Positions 1-7,157 of a stretch of 54,196 bases of DNA are shown here, piece by piece. A program made the position numbers and the translations under genes. Each line of letters opens with the position of its first letter. Position 1 is the first letter of the stretch. This stretch comes from a virus (lineage: Duplodnaviria; Caudoviricetes): IMG/VR virus record IMGVR_UViG_3300025751_000023, positions 1 to 54,196 of that record; one strand, given 5' to 3'. The notes below the pieces were generated by a model, which was given only the letters and a program-made list of their open reading frames with translations, was not told where the DNA came from and did no database searches.

Positions 1-43
1 GATAAATCGCTATAAATACAACAATTTACGAATTTGACGGTAG

Positions 44-63
44 GAATCCCTCTCTCTCCGCCA
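44..63 (+). mobile_element. attP core: 3' end of a tRNA-Ser (GAATCCCTCTCTCTCCGCCA)
   Basis: Looks like the T-loop 3' half, T-stem, acceptor strand and GCCA end of bacterial tRNA-Ser. The upstream bases (GGTAG) do not give GGTTC, so no full tRNA is present. It lies 95 nt before the integrase ATG. Confidence 0.85.
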
Positions 64-68
64 GTTTT

Positions 69-81
69 TAAGTTATTGATT
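69..81 (-). promoter_or_regulatory. IHF binding site in attP
   Basis: TAAGTTATTGATT is the reverse complement of the IHF consensus WATCAANNNNTTR and sits next to the att core. Confidence 0.7.
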
Positions 82-111
82 TACAGACTATTTTTATAGC
101 CTGTTGCGCCT

Positions 112-132
112 TAAGTACATTATAAGTACATT
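112..132 (+). repeat. Tandem integrase arm-type sites (TAAGTACATT x2)
   Basis: Exact 10-bp direct repeat at 112-121 and 123-132 (11-bp period), between the att core and int. Confidence 0.65.
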
Positions 133-157
133 CGAGTCTTCAAGACAGGAGATTCGT

Positions 158-1177
158 ATGGCTACTTTTCGGGAGCAAAGTGGGCGTTGTCAGGCTATCG
201 TCAGGCGTCATGGCTACGCTCGTGTCGCTGAAACCTTCGATACTAAGACCGAAGCGAAGGCTTGGGCACGCAAAATTGAAGCGGCTATGGACAGCGGCAG
301 CTACATGGATGCCGTTACACTAAACTACCGCACGATTGATGACTTTATAACCACCTACATCGATCATTTTCACCCGATCAAACCATTTGCTCGATCAAAA
401 CTCTCGGCACTCGACATTTGCCGCAGGAAATTTGGTAGGGACACAGTTCGTAATTTGACTGTCGACAAGCTGCTAAAATTTGCCCGAGAGCGGCGCGGAG
501 AGGTGTCTCAAAGTACGTTATCAAAGCAGATGTACATCTTTGCTCGCGCTCTGGACGACGTAGCAGCCTTATCTTCATTGAAATTTGACAACCCCGTAAG
601 GCAAGTCCTCCCCCTTCTAGACAGCTACGGCTTAACAGGCGGATCGCAGCAGCGTGATCGTCGAGTGACGAGTGACGAGCTGGATTTACTATTGTCGAGT
701 GACGAGTGGGTCATTGACTACTTTAAATTGGCACTTGAAACAGCAATGCGCCAAGGGGAACTGCATAAGTTGGAATGGGGGGATGTTGATTTTGATGCGA
801 AAACAATCACTGTGAGGGATGCGAAGCATAACAAACGCAAGATTGGCAACCATCGCACTATTCCTATGTTCCCTTCGGCAGAGAACTTGCTGCAAGAGTG
901 GTATACACACCGTTTACCTGGTGATTTATGTGTGTTCACACACCCTAAACTGGCGTCTTCGGTCAGCGATAGCTTTGCAAAGCTAACTCGCCGCCTCGGT
1001 ATAAAAGATCTGGTGTTCCATGATTCACGTCATGAGGCGATAAGTCGTTTTTTTGAAGTGGGGATGGCAGTTCAAGAGGTTGCACACATTTCTGGGCATT
1101 CTGACTGGAAGCAACTGAAGCGTTACACGAATTTAAAAGCTACAACAATAGGTGTAAAATATAGGGAGGACCTATAG
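158..1177 (+). CDS. int: Tyrosine recombinase / phage integrase
   Basis: TAMRQGE (catalytic R), K, FHDSRH (HxxR), SGH and RY (catalytic Y). AGGAG RBS before the ATG at 158, preferred over the ORF-track start at 104. Confidence 0.95.
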   Translation: MATFREQSGRCQAIVRRHGYARVAETFDTKTEAKAWARKIEAAMDSGSYMDAVTLNYRTIDDFITTYIDHFHPIKPFARSKLSALDICRRKFGRDTVRNLTVDKLLKFARERRGEVSQSTLSKQMYIFARALDDVAALSSLKFDNPVRQVLPLLDSYGLTGGSQQRDRRVTSDELDLLLSSDEWVIDYFKLALETAMRQGELHKLEWGDVDFDAKTITVRDAKHNKRKIGNHRTIPMFPSAENLLQEWYTHRLPGDLCVFTHPKLASSVSDSFAKLTRRLGIKDLVFHDSRHEAISRFFEVGMAVQEVAHISGHSDWKQLKRYTNLKATTIGVKYREDL

Positions 1178-1332
1178 TGGATTATGTAGGGCTTGTATCA
1201 GACATCTGGCCTCTATTTGTAGGGTTTATTGTTTTGGTGATGTCGATTAGCAAGTTGATGACACGAGTTGAAGTGCTTGAAGAGAAGGTGAAAGCTCTTT
1301 TTGACTTACACAACAACGGCAAAGGGAACTAA
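1177..1332 (+). CDS. Small 1-TM membrane protein, holin/antiholin-like (51 aa, not in ORF track)
   Basis: The GTG overlaps the int stop and has a GGAGGA RBS. MDYVGLVSDIWPLFVGFIVLVMSISKLMTRVEVLEEKVKALFDLHNNGKGN. The stop abuts the next ATG. Confidence 0.7.
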   Translation: MDYVGLVSDIWPLFVGFIVLVMSISKLMTRVEVLEEKVKALFDLHNNGKGN

Positions 1333-1809
1333 ATGAAGTTTGCAGCAATTAAAAACATTATTGGCGCTGTAGCACCTACGATTGGGCAAGCGTTGGGTGG
1401 GCCATTGGGCGGCACAGCAGCTCAAGTAATCGCTGGCGTGTTGGGATGCCCTCCTGATGAGAAAAATATAGAAAAAGCGTTGGCTCAGGCTACTCCTGAG
1501 CAACTTACTGAAATCAAAAAAGCGGAAATTGAGTTTGAAACTCGAATGAAGGAGCTTGAAGTCGATGTTTTCGCACTGGAAACAAAAGATATTCAACACG
1601 CTAGAGAGAGTATGCGTGGAGATTGGACACCACGTGTTATTGCTATTGCGTGCGTTTTTTTCTTTGGAGCCTACATCGCCATGGTCACAATTCAAGATCC
1701 TGCTGCTAATGATGATGGCATTGTCAATCTTGTTTTGGGCTATCTTGGCGGCATTGTTTCTTCAATTATAAGTTTTTATTACGGCGCATCACACAAACAT
1801 GAGGGTTAA
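1333..1809 (+). CDS. Putative holin (GTA 3TM-holin-like)
   Basis: N-terminal APTIGQALGGPLGG segment, coiled middle, DIQHAR...DWTPR, two C-terminal TM helices ending FYYGAS. Confidence 0.7.
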   Translation: MKFAAIKNIIGAVAPTIGQALGGPLGGTAAQVIAGVLGCPPDEKNIEKALAQATPEQLTEIKKAEIEFETRMKELEVDVFALETKDIQHARESMRGDWTPRVIAIACVFFFGAYIAMVTIQDPAANDDGIVNLVLGYLGGIVSSIISFYYGASHKHEG

Positions 1810-1812
1810 CCC

Positions 1813-1914
1813 GTGCACAGCAAAAGTACAAAAGGTAAGAAAAATTGCAAGATTAACGCTGCCCCTAAAAAAGCACCAAAGGGCAAGCGAAAAATGAAGA
1901 AGTCAGGGTACTAA
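1813..1914 (+). CDS. Tiny Lys-rich peptide (33 aa, not in ORF track)
   Basis: GAGGG RBS and GTG start. MHSKSTKGKKNCKINAAPKKAPKGKRKMKKSGY. Confidence 0.45.
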   Translation: MHSKSTKGKKNCKINAAPKKAPKGKRKMKKSGY

Positions 1915-2061
1915 GTACTCTGCAACATCAAGAGATAGGAAAATATAGGATTTGCCTATTTTTTTATGAGCAATTTCTAATCTTCCTTGAGCAATTTGAT
2001 GATACAGCGTGCCTCGTTTTATTTTTAAAACGTCACACAACTGCTCAACTGTCATCGTCAT
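1903..2061 (-). CDS. xis: Excisionase-like winged-HTH protein (recombination directionality factor)
   Basis: MTVEQLCDVLKIKRGTLYHQIAQGRL...KIGKSYIF is a MerR/HTH_17-type pattern. GAGGAG RBS before the ATG at 2061. Last gene of the early arm, convergent with int. Confidence 0.7.
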   Translation of the reverse strand: MTMTVEQLCDVLKIKRGTLYHQIAQGRLEIAHKKIGKSYIFLSLDVAEYLVP

Positions 2062-2242
2062 ACCATACTCCTCGACTAACTGCTTCTTTATATCGGATTT
2101 CAAAGTCTCGATTGATTTCGAGGAGTTGTTTACGGAGGCGGCGAAGGTAATGTTGGTCATAGAAGTGGGCTAACTTGCGTTTTTTGTGAAGGTTTTCGGT
2201 GTAGTACCGTAGATCGTCGAAAAGATAATCAAGGTCACTCAT
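2045..2242 (-). CDS. Hypothetical protein
   Basis: 65-aa ORF with short overlaps to both neighbours. Confidence 0.55.
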   Translation of the reverse strand: MSDLDYLFDDLRYYTENLHKKRKLAHFYDQHYLRRLRKQLLEINRDFEIRYKEAVSRGVWYDDDS

Positions 2243-2390
2243 TCATCCAGTTCTCGAATTTGTTCCAAAGCTTTTCCATCAGGTATCCCAGTTCTTTAGT
2301 GGTAACTAGGAACACAAGTGCCAAGATTGCAATTGGAAAATAACAAAACCAAAGTGCAGTCATGACAGCTTGAGCGATGAAGCGCTTCAT
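2235..2390 (-). CDS. Small membrane protein
   Basis: ATGA overlap with the DUF3310 stop and one hydrophobic helix. The longer ORF-track start overlaps DUF3310. Confidence 0.5.
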   Translation of the reverse strand: MKRFIAQAVMTALWFCYFPIAILALVFLVTTKELGYLMEKLWNKFENWMNE

Positions 2391-2641
2391 TTGTCGTAAA
2401 TTTTTTCCAACGAAGGGATAGCTTCTCTTGCGTCGTAACCTGCCGCGACGAGGGAGTAGAACAAATGCTTTTTCATGTCGGATTCCTCGTCTTCTTTGTA
2501 ACGGTGTCTCCACATATATTTGAAGCATTGCATTCGACCCCATAGTTTCATGGCGTCTTCACCAAAGACTTGTTTCATTGCGTCAATACATTCAATTCCA
2601 TCACGGTGATAGTGGCTGGGGGATAGGATTTTGTCGTTCAA
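2387..2641 (-). CDS. DUF3310 family protein (often annotated nucleotide-kinase-like)
   Basis: SPSHY...IECIDAM...KYMWRHRYK signature. Confidence 0.85.
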   Translation of the reverse strand: MNDKILSPSHYHRDGIECIDAMKQVFGEDAMKLWGRMQCFKYMWRHRYKEDEESDMKKHLFYSLVAAGYDAREAIPSLEKIYDK

Positions 2642-2811
2642 TGCACCACCTGCGTATGTTTTTCAAATTCTAGTAGGATTTTTTCAAAGCTGCTTTGTAA
2701 CGAGTCAAAGGCTTCTGGGTTTTTTCGTTGGTCTAAGTTGTAGAGCATGGTCCGCGTTGCAGCGAGCAGTGCTCTGGCTTCTTCTTTTGTAAAAGTCACG
2801 TTTAGTTCCAT
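2638..2811 (-). CDS. Hypothetical protein
   Basis: ATG at 2811; ATGA coupling to DUF3310. Confidence 0.55.
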   Translation of the reverse strand: MELNVTFTKEEARALLAATRTMLYNLDQRKNPEAFDSLQSSFEKILLEFEKHTQVVH

Positions 2812-2813
2812 AG

Positions 2814-2863
2814 CTAGGGTGGCCCCTTTCTTCAAGAGTCGTAGGGGCCAAACGACCTCCTAG
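2814..2863 (-). ncRNA. Predicted H-type RNA pseudoknot (cis-regulatory)
   Basis: Minus strand: GTCGT-T-TGGCCCCT-ACGAC-10 nt-AGGGGCCA, flanked by CTAGG/CCTAG. Confidence 0.5.
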
Positions 2864-2869
2864 TGAAAC

Positions 2870-2956
2870 TTAGTCTTTAGGTTCTTGTTTTTCTTTTTCC
2901 AAAGTCTGAAGAATTGCTATAAGTAAGAACCAAAGAAATTTACGCCACCCACTCAA
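2870..2956 (-). CDS. Possible 28-aa membrane peptide
   Basis: The TTG overlaps the upstream stop. MSGWRKFLWFLLIAILQTLEKEKQEPKD. Confidence 0.3.
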   Translation of the reverse strand: MSGWRKFLWFLLIAILQTLEKEKQEPKD

Positions 2957-3642
2957 GCTGCTTCCGTATCAAGTGAGTTTTTTGTAGCGTTAATGCTGGT
3001 GTAGAGCTGATTAGCTTCGTAGTACAACGCTTCGTTGCACCAACCTGCAAACTCGACAGTGAAGTTAAACCACTCACGATTGTTTTGTTTCATGAGCGTA
3101 GTGCCGAGTTGCCATACTGAAGAGAAGCGATCTCGACCTTCGTTACGAGTAATGATGGATGAGTTCCAAGCGTTACTAACAGCAAGCTTTGATCCAGACA
3201 TGTAGATACGAGCAGGTGTCTTAACGGCACCGTTATCATCAAGAACTAGAACGCTGTGTGTACCAGTTTCTTGGATGTCGTAGTCTTCTGCATGGCTAGG
3301 ATTAGCTTCGTAAACAGCTTTTTCAGCATCTTGACGAGTGTCAAAAATACCGAAGAAGCCACCACCTAATTGACGCTTTTTAAACACGTTGAATGTACGG
3401 TCGTACATGACGTTAACAACATACACTGTGTCCATTAACGAGTCGTCTAATGTTAAGTGCATTTGTCCAGGCTTTGCGCCAATAGAGTTAACTTGAGGCG
3501 AAAGAGCTTGGATAAGGTTGAGTTTTGGAACAACCACGTCATTTGCTGTGACGTTATCGTTACCTTTGCCTGACTGCTGCAAGTGAGCAGGAACGGCACC
3601 TTCTTCGTGCTTGATAAAACCGGGAAGATTGATATCTGACAT
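2953..3642 (-). CDS. Putative ssDNA-binding / replication accessory protein
   Basis: DVVVPKLNLIQALSPQV...AKPG...GGGF pattern of a protein recurrent in PolA/SNF2 phage replication modules; AAGGA RBS. Confidence 0.55.
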   Translation of the reverse strand: MSDINLPGFIKHEEGAVPAHLQQSGKGNDNVTANDVVVPKLNLIQALSPQVNSIGAKPGQMHLTLDDSLMDTVYVVNVMYDRTFNVFKKRQLGGGFFGIFDTRQDAEKAVYEANPSHAEDYDIQETGTHSVLVLDDNGAVKTPARIYMSGSKLAVSNAWNSSIITRNEGRDRFSSVWQLGTTLMKQNNREWFNFTVEFAGWCNEALYYEANQLYTSINATKNSLDTEAA

Positions 3643-3662
3643 ACTTAAAAATCCTTATTGAG

Positions 3663-4088
3663 TTAATTGCGCGCTTTGCGGTAAGAGAGCTTCTCTACCG
3701 TGTTAGCGATGATGTGTGGCACGTCACTGCCCTCTTCACTTAAGTGTGAAACAAGTTCTCTGACTGCCGCGTTGTTGAAATCCCGTTTAAGGACGTGGAG
3801 ATGTTCCTCTGCGTAAATCCATTTGAGGAAGTCTTCCCACTCTTCTGGGTTCGGGCGGTAGTACGTTTCTTCTTTCACACTGACTTGGCAACTTGCGTTA
3901 CCCATGTTTTGGATACCGTGCTCGCGCATTGCATCCTTGAGTTTGGCTTCGATTGCCATTTTTTGACCGTTAAGGTTTTTCAATGTTTTGTTTTGCTCAT
4001 CAATTGACGTACGAACGACGGTCAATTCTGCAAGCAAATCATCCATTGACTTTTCTTGTGGTTCTAACTGCATTACTGCTTCACTCAT
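3663..4088 (-). CDS. Conserved phage coiled-coil protein of the replication module
   Basis: Coiled-coil N-terminus and a WEDFLKWI...HVLKR motif; GGAG RBS; lies between the helicase and SSB-like genes. Confidence 0.6.
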   Translation of the reverse strand: MSEAVMQLEPQEKSMDDLLAELTVVRTSIDEQNKTLKNLNGQKMAIEAKLKDAMREHGIQNMGNASCQVSVKEETYYRPNPEEWEDFLKWIYAEEHLHVLKRDFNNAAVRELVSHLSEEGSDVPHIIANTVEKLSYRKARN

Positions 4089-4116
4089 TGTGGTACTCCA
4101 TAGGTGTTACCTATAT

Positions 4117-5466
4117 TTAGGCTACTAAAACATCCAGCAAATCTTCGGAGCGAGATATTTTGTCCTGTAGTTTGGCGTATACGTCTATCTCCTTAGTGTC
4201 TCTGGCAGCTATACAGATAACTTCTGTTCGCTGCGTTTGACCAATACGGTATATCCGACGATTAAATTGCAAGAATTGCTCGCTTGAGTACGTCGGGGTA
4301 CACCAGATTGTTGTGTTTGCTTTAGTTAGCGTTAAGCCATGGCTAGTGGCTTGGGGGTGGCAGAATAGAACTTGTAGCTCGCGTTTCTGGAATGATTCGA
4401 CAATCTTTGCTCGATCATTAGGAGAAACTGTACCGTCGATGTAAGCGTACGTAATTCCGTACGTGTCAGCGAGTTCACAAAGAGCTAATCGTTCGTGCTG
4501 CCAGTTAAATGCGACAAGCGTGTGTGCACGTTCTTTAACGAGTTGCATTACAAGTTCGTAGCGGTCGTTATGTACGTGTACAGGCTTGCCACTTTCGTCG
4601 TAGACACTGCCTGACAGTATCTGCAACATTTTTTTGACTCGTGCTCCGGCGTGTACAGCAGATAAGCTGATTTCTCCTTTTTGATTGCGGAGTGTCGAGT
4701 CGGATTCCATCTCAAGATATGCGTCCATGACCTGTTTAGGCATGTCGACCAACAAGTGTGAGATTCTTGTGGAGGGGATGTCGACACAGTCTTCGAATGC
4801 AAATCGGATTGATAAGTCACTTACTGCGTCAGCGACAGCAGCGGGAGCGTGCGGCTTATCGACCCACCGTACGTGATCTTGGTATCCGATAGACTCAGGG
4901 ACGCAAACTTGAGACCGATACTCAAAGAACTTGCGCCCAAGCCGTTGGCCTTCGTCAAGTATGAGCATCGGATGCCACAAATCTAGTACGGTATTTGGAA
5001 TAGGCGTACCAGATAGCAGCGTCTTATGCTGGAAATGTTTAGACACTTTCAGCATAGCTTTACTGCGTTGCGTTGTACGGTTTTTGAACGCAGTAAATTC
5101 GTCAATTACTAGATCAGTAAAACCGTCTAGCAAATCTAAATGTTTTGACAGCCAGTTAACGCCATCATGATTTATCAAGACAATCTCGGCGGCGCTTTCA
5201 AATGCTTGTAACCTTTTTTTAGCAGGCTGCATTGCAATTGCATATCTAAAAGCTGTAAAGCGTTCAATGTCATCGCCCCAGCTTGGCCTTAAGATAGAAA
5301 GTGGCGCTACAACAAGTAGTCGTTTAGCTTGAAGTTGTTTATGCCGTTCCTCGAACCCCATGAGCGTACCCCGTGTTTTACCAGTACCGGGGTCAGAGGT
5401 ATTGAGCACTAGCTCATTTGCCGCAGCAAAGTCAGCCATTGCTTGTTGGTGGGTATAGGCTTTCAT
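4117..5466 (-). CDS. SNF2-like superfamily 2 DNA helicase
   Basis: DPGTGKT (I), VVAP (Ia), IDEF (II), LSGTP (III), HGLTL (V), QFNRRIYRIGQ (VI). Confidence 0.92.
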   Translation of the reverse strand: MKAYTHQQAMADFAAANELVLNTSDPGTGKTRGTLMGFEERHKQLQAKRLLVVAPLSILRPSWGDDIERFTAFRYAIAMQPAKKRLQAFESAAEIVLINHDGVNWLSKHLDLLDGFTDLVIDEFTAFKNRTTQRSKAMLKVSKHFQHKTLLSGTPIPNTVLDLWHPMLILDEGQRLGRKFFEYRSQVCVPESIGYQDHVRWVDKPHAPAAVADAVSDLSIRFAFEDCVDIPSTRISHLLVDMPKQVMDAYLEMESDSTLRNQKGEISLSAVHAGARVKKMLQILSGSVYDESGKPVHVHNDRYELVMQLVKERAHTLVAFNWQHERLALCELADTYGITYAYIDGTVSPNDRAKIVESFQKRELQVLFCHPQATSHGLTLTKANTTIWCTPTYSSEQFLQFNRRIYRIGQTQRTEVICIAARDTKEIDVYAKLQDKISRSEDLLDVLVA

Positions 5467-5768
5467 TAACGCCACTCGCCAGGAACGTTAACCCAGCGGT
5501 ACTTGCCGCCTACTTTCATGAATTTTTGATGTGTGAACAGCTTTTTACCGAAGAATAACAGCGCGCTGATGATTAAACCGCAAAATATGCCAGTTAGCAT
5601 ACCGCTGATGGTGCCTGTGATGGCGAACATCCAGCAGAGTAGTACAGTGACAACAACGTCAACGACTATGTCCATGCCGAGCATTTTGCGAATGAAATTA
5701 GAACCAAACTTGGCGACTAGGAATGCTATAGCGCCGACAACCATAAAACCTGCGATCATAAAACTCAT
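5466..5768 (-). CDS. Membrane protein (about 3 TM)
   Basis: Three hydrophobic segments; coupled to both neighbours. Confidence 0.65.
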   Translation of the reverse strand: MSFMIAGFMVVGAIAFLVAKFGSNFIRKMLGMDIVVDVVVTVLLCWMFAITGTISGMLTGIFCGLIISALLFFGKKLFTHQKFMKVGGKYRWVNVPGEWR

Positions 5769-6388
5769 CGGTATTTCTCCTGTATTGGTAGTTCATCGTG
5801 GGGTACATGCAACATTTGCTGGAGCGCCCATACATCGTATGCAGCGTCGTGTAATGCGTTGTGATGCACCATATTGTCTGGTCTCTTTAACTGTAAGTTA
5901 GTAGACAGCCCTAACGCTTCGAGCCATGTTCGGATGTCACGTACAAGCCAGTACTTCCAGGGGCTTGTGACGTTAAAGTCACGGAACATGTCATCCATAA
6001 TGGACATGTCGAAGGTTGGTCCACGAGCAAACCACCTTGCTTGATTTTGTAAAAAAGCAACTTGTACATCATTGTTTTCGCAGAAGCTGGTAAACACTGA
6101 GTAAAATTCTCTGGGGTGTATGCAGTCTTCTTTTTTAACGTCGAGTACGCGTTGTGCTTCGCTACCTTGTCGTGCCCACCATTGCTGTGTTGAAACGTCT
6201 ACATGGCGCCTAACTTCTATCTGGCAGTCACGATCAAAAAATATTTCTATACCTCCTTCTACAATGTCATTGAATGTTTGAGTTTTTTCTAAATCAAAAA
6301 TGCAAATACCCATGGACAATACGACCGCATTGGCTCTAGTGCTGAGTGTTTCTATGTCCATGGATACTGCGATCAAGTGATAGCCCAC
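5765..6388 (-). CDS. DEDD 3'-5' exonuclease (Rv2179c / ExoVIII N-terminal-like)
   Basis: MDIETL, RGPTFD, RDIRT and HNALHDA motifs. Confidence 0.88.
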   Translation of the reverse strand: MGYHLIAVSMDIETLSTRANAVVLSMGICIFDLEKTQTFNDIVEGGIEIFFDRDCQIEVRRHVDVSTQQWWARQGSEAQRVLDVKKEDCIHPREFYSVFTSFCENNDVQVAFLQNQARWFARGPTFDMSIMDDMFRDFNVTSPWKYWLVRDIRTWLEALGLSTNLQLKRPDNMVHHNALHDAAYDVWALQQMLHVPHDELPIQEKYR

Positions 6389-7122
6389 TTACAACTTTCA
6401 GACTTTTGATGCGGGCACCAGCGGCAGTTGTTTTTACTTGGATTTGGGATGAACTCAGTATCACTAGTTAGCTGTAAAGCACGTTTATCCCAGGATCTTT
6501 TGAATTGTTCAGCGCTACTTCTTGTGTACTCTTTTTCTAGCGTTTCGCCTTTATCGAGATACCAGAACTCACATTTAATGTATTCAAGATCGCTAAAACG
6601 TTCGAATGCACCAATGGCATAGAGCTGAGCTTGCTGTAAATGTGCAATCTCATTGCCGAACTTTTTACCTGTCTTGTAATCAATGACTGTTGCGCTGTAC
6701 TGATCGTGATGATGGAACGCATCGAGTTTCATGCGAAGCCAAGTATCTGGAGCTGCCCAACCTGTTGCATTCCACGCGTTGGTGAAGCCCCAGTCTTGTT
6801 CGAGGATCACTTGTCCGTCTAAAAACGCTGCTTTGAGTTTGGTAAATTCGTCTTGGAATTTTTTAAGCTCGGTAGGCATCTTTTCTAGATGGCCTTGAAC
6901 GTATTCTTCAGCGAGCGTGTGGATTTGTGTACCCCGCTCTGCTGCTGGACCTGCCTCTTCAGGTAGTTTTTCTACTTTAGATAGGAAGATCCGATGAGGA
7001 CAGCTTTCATAATTTTTGAGTGACGAGTACGACCATGCAGGTACTAGACCTTTTGGCGCTGTCTCTTTTAGAAGCGTGTCTAATTGGTCTTGCGTTCGAT
7101 GGGGGTCAAATTCGAAGCTCAT
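6373..7122 (-). CDS. PD-(D/E)XK nuclease (RecB/Cas4-like)
   Basis: WSYSSLKNYESCP, RGTQIH, LD...VIDYKTGK, QAQLY, C-terminal CRWCP...C cysteine cluster. Confidence 0.9.
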   Translation of the reverse strand: MSFEFDPHRTQDQLDTLLKETAPKGLVPAWSYSSLKNYESCPHRIFLSKVEKLPEEAGPAAERGTQIHTLAEEYVQGHLEKMPTELKKFQDEFTKLKAAFLDGQVILEQDWGFTNAWNATGWAAPDTWLRMKLDAFHHHDQYSATVIDYKTGKKFGNEIAHLQQAQLYAIGAFERFSDLEYIKCEFWYLDKGETLEKEYTRSSAEQFKRSWDKRALQLTSDTEFIPNPSKNNCRWCPHQKSESCKWAIT

Positions 7123-7128
7123 AATATT

Positions 7129-7157
7129 ATAATAGGTGATACCTATTTTTTAATCAA
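7129..7157 (-). promoter_or_regulatory. Sigma70-like promoter TTGATT-17-TATTAT with an ATAGG-N5-CCTAT site in the spacer; probably leaderless
   Basis: -35 at 7157-7152 and -10 at 7134-7129. The predicted +1 falls at about the A of the ATG at 7122, and there is no SD. Confidence 0.55.

Noticed and set aside
20-31. 12-mer AACAATTTACGA shared in inverted form with 19818-19829
   Set aside because: A single AT-rich 12-mer match is expected many times by chance in 54 kb.
38-63. Complete tRNA gene at the window start
   Set aside because: Only the last 20 nt match; upstream there is no GGTTC T-arm or cloverleaf. Treated as the att core.
104-157. ORF-track N-terminal extension of the integrase
   Set aside because: The TTG start lacks an RBS and runs through the arm repeats; the ATG at 158 has AGGAG.
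2814-2863. Known riboswitch or ribozyme (preQ1, SAM-II, pistol, twister)
   Set aside because: I could not see their conserved core nucleotides; kept only as a generic pseudoknot.
6373-7122. CRISPR-Cas system suggested by the Cas4-like nuclease
   Set aside because: No repeat-spacer array or other cas genes were seen; solo PD-(D/E)XK nucleases are normal in phage replication modules.
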